A DNA stretch of 35,926 nt, from contig JASTWF010000334.1 in assembly GCA_030390025.1 (NCBI GenBank), positions 496,001 through 531,926 on the forward strand, read 5' to 3'. Every line of letters begins with the position of its first letter. Position 1 is the first letter of the stretch. The notes under the pieces were generated by a model. That model ran no database searches and had not been told where the DNA came from. It saw only the letters and a list, made by a program, of their open reading frames with translations. The position numbers and the translations under genes were made by a program. This document shows, in pieces, positions 34,562 to 35,926 of this stretch. The DNA is from Squalus acanthias. Taxonomy: Eukaryota.

Positions 34562-35023
34562 GTAGGGTCAACCAGACACGGTGTGTGAGGACAGGTTAAT
34601 GCTGTGAGGTGGAAAGTTTGTGGATTACCTGCTGTCTAAATTAGAGGGAATAGAAAGGAGCAGCTCCTGAAGGAATATCCTAAAATGGGCAACTATCTAA
34701 CTTCGCAAAACCTTGATATTCTGCCCAGTCTAATCCCACTCTCCTGCTCAGTCCCTATACCCTTTACTATCCCAGTCAGTCTAATCCCTCTCTCCTGCTC
34801 ACTCATCATTCCCTCCGTTTCAATAATCTACTTTTAAGAGCTATCTATTTCCCTTTTTGAAGAATTGATGGGCTCGGCTTCATCACCAGTTTGTGGCAGA
34901 GAATTCCACATTCTCACCATTCGCTGTGGAGAAATAGGCTCTGAAATTCCACGGCCCACGGTCTAAACAGTGACGCTGCGATTGTGCCCACCTGTGCCCT
35001 CCAGCAGTGACGTTGCCCCGGAG

Positions 35024-35451
35024 TTTTTTTAATTTATTCATTCACAGGATGTGGGCATCACTGGCATGTATTGCCCATTGCCCTTGGTGGTGGTGAGCCA
35101 GCTTCTTGAACCGCAGCAGTCCGTGATACTTCTTTGTAGCGGTTTGGTACAACTAAGTAGCCATTTCAGAGGGCAGTTAAGAGTCAACCAGATTGCTGTG
35201 GGTCTGGAGTCACATGTAGTCTAGACCAGGTAAGGATGGCAGATTTCCTTCCCTAAAGGACATTAGAAAACCAGGTGGGTTTTTACGAAAATCCGGTAGT
35301 TTTATGGTCACCATTACTGACACTAGCTTTTTAAAAAATTCTTGATTTATTTAATTAACTGAACTTAAATTCCCCAGCTTCCCTGATGAGATTTGAACTC
35401 ACGTCTCCGGATCATTAGTCCAGTAACATTACCACTATGCCACCGTAGCCC
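35024..35451 (-). mobile_element. tRNA-derived SINE
   Basis: Minus-strand head GGGCTACGGTGGCATAGTGG (A box) ... GAGTTCAAATC (B box) and an A-rich tail at 35024-35040. Absent at the homologous site in the left arm (~28565). Confidence 0.85.
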
Positions 35452-35926
35452 GTATGGAGGTAAGTGTGAGGCCCCTCATCAGCATGGGGTCAGCGGACAC
35501 TGGTGACACGATGAGGGCATGTCAGGACCCACACGGCCTGAAGCACGGATACATATTGCCATCCAGGGCTGTGCCCACTTCCTTCTTCATCCACAAACAT
35601 TCTTGTGCCCCTTCAGCCCGCACAACTTTATCTTCGGGGGTCCAGCCTGCTCCTCTGGCCTGGAATCCCCACCCCTGGTGGACCCGGATCCTGTGTCCAG
35701 ATCCTGTTCAGTTAAAGCTGGAATGTGTCGGGAGGCTGCGCCAATTTGGGGACATAGTTTATTATTAATTTCTGCCTCTCGTTAACATCACACCGGCCAA
35801 CAGAAAATGATCCAGTGAATTCCTCACTTGGCGGTGAGCTCACTCCAGAGGATTTCATTCACGGCTCAGCTGATTAAACCGTTGGGGAGGGAGGATAGTG
35901 TCTAATAACCCCGGGGGGGGGGGGGG

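Larger units (their letters stand above)
33703..35926 (+). repeat. Right arm of the inverted segmental duplication (runs off the window)
   Basis: Reverse-complement match to 28095-31077. Confidence 0.92.

Noticed and set aside
35370..35451. tRNA-like A and B boxes on the minus strand
   Set aside because: This is the head of a SINE; no complete cloverleaf is evident.
35913..35926. Terminal poly-G run
   Set aside because: It corresponds to the C-rich minisatellite of the other arm or to a window-edge effect, so no function can be supported.

Overview
This is vertebrate genomic DNA, most likely from a cartilaginous fish (inferred from the repeat families). It is overwhelmingly nested transposable elements: CR1-clade LINEs including two near-full-length copies with esterase-type ORF1, PIF/Harbinger elements, hAT MITEs, a solo LTR, a tRNA-derived SINE and a Penelope-type palindrome with a hammerhead core. 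The host content is a head-to-head inverted duplication of a secreted C-type lectin gene. The left copy (minus strand) has a TATA promoter near 29975, a non-coding exon 1, a signal-peptide exon at 29764-29846 and a first CTLD exon at 19565-19749; its remaining exons are not visible. The right copy (plus strand) has its promoter near 34345 and its signal-peptide CDS at 34507-34561, then runs off the window. Main points of interest: (i) both full-length CR1s end ORF1 with an in-phase U_UUA_AAC slippery heptamer and have ORF2 open in the -1 frame, suggesting programmed -1 frameshifting; (ii) a ~440 bp nearly identical promoter/exon tract sits inside otherwise more diverged inverted arms, suggesting gene conversion; (iii) a four-level TE nest fills 1-17.7 kb. 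Everything was read by eye, no searches were run, and many TE boundaries are approximate.
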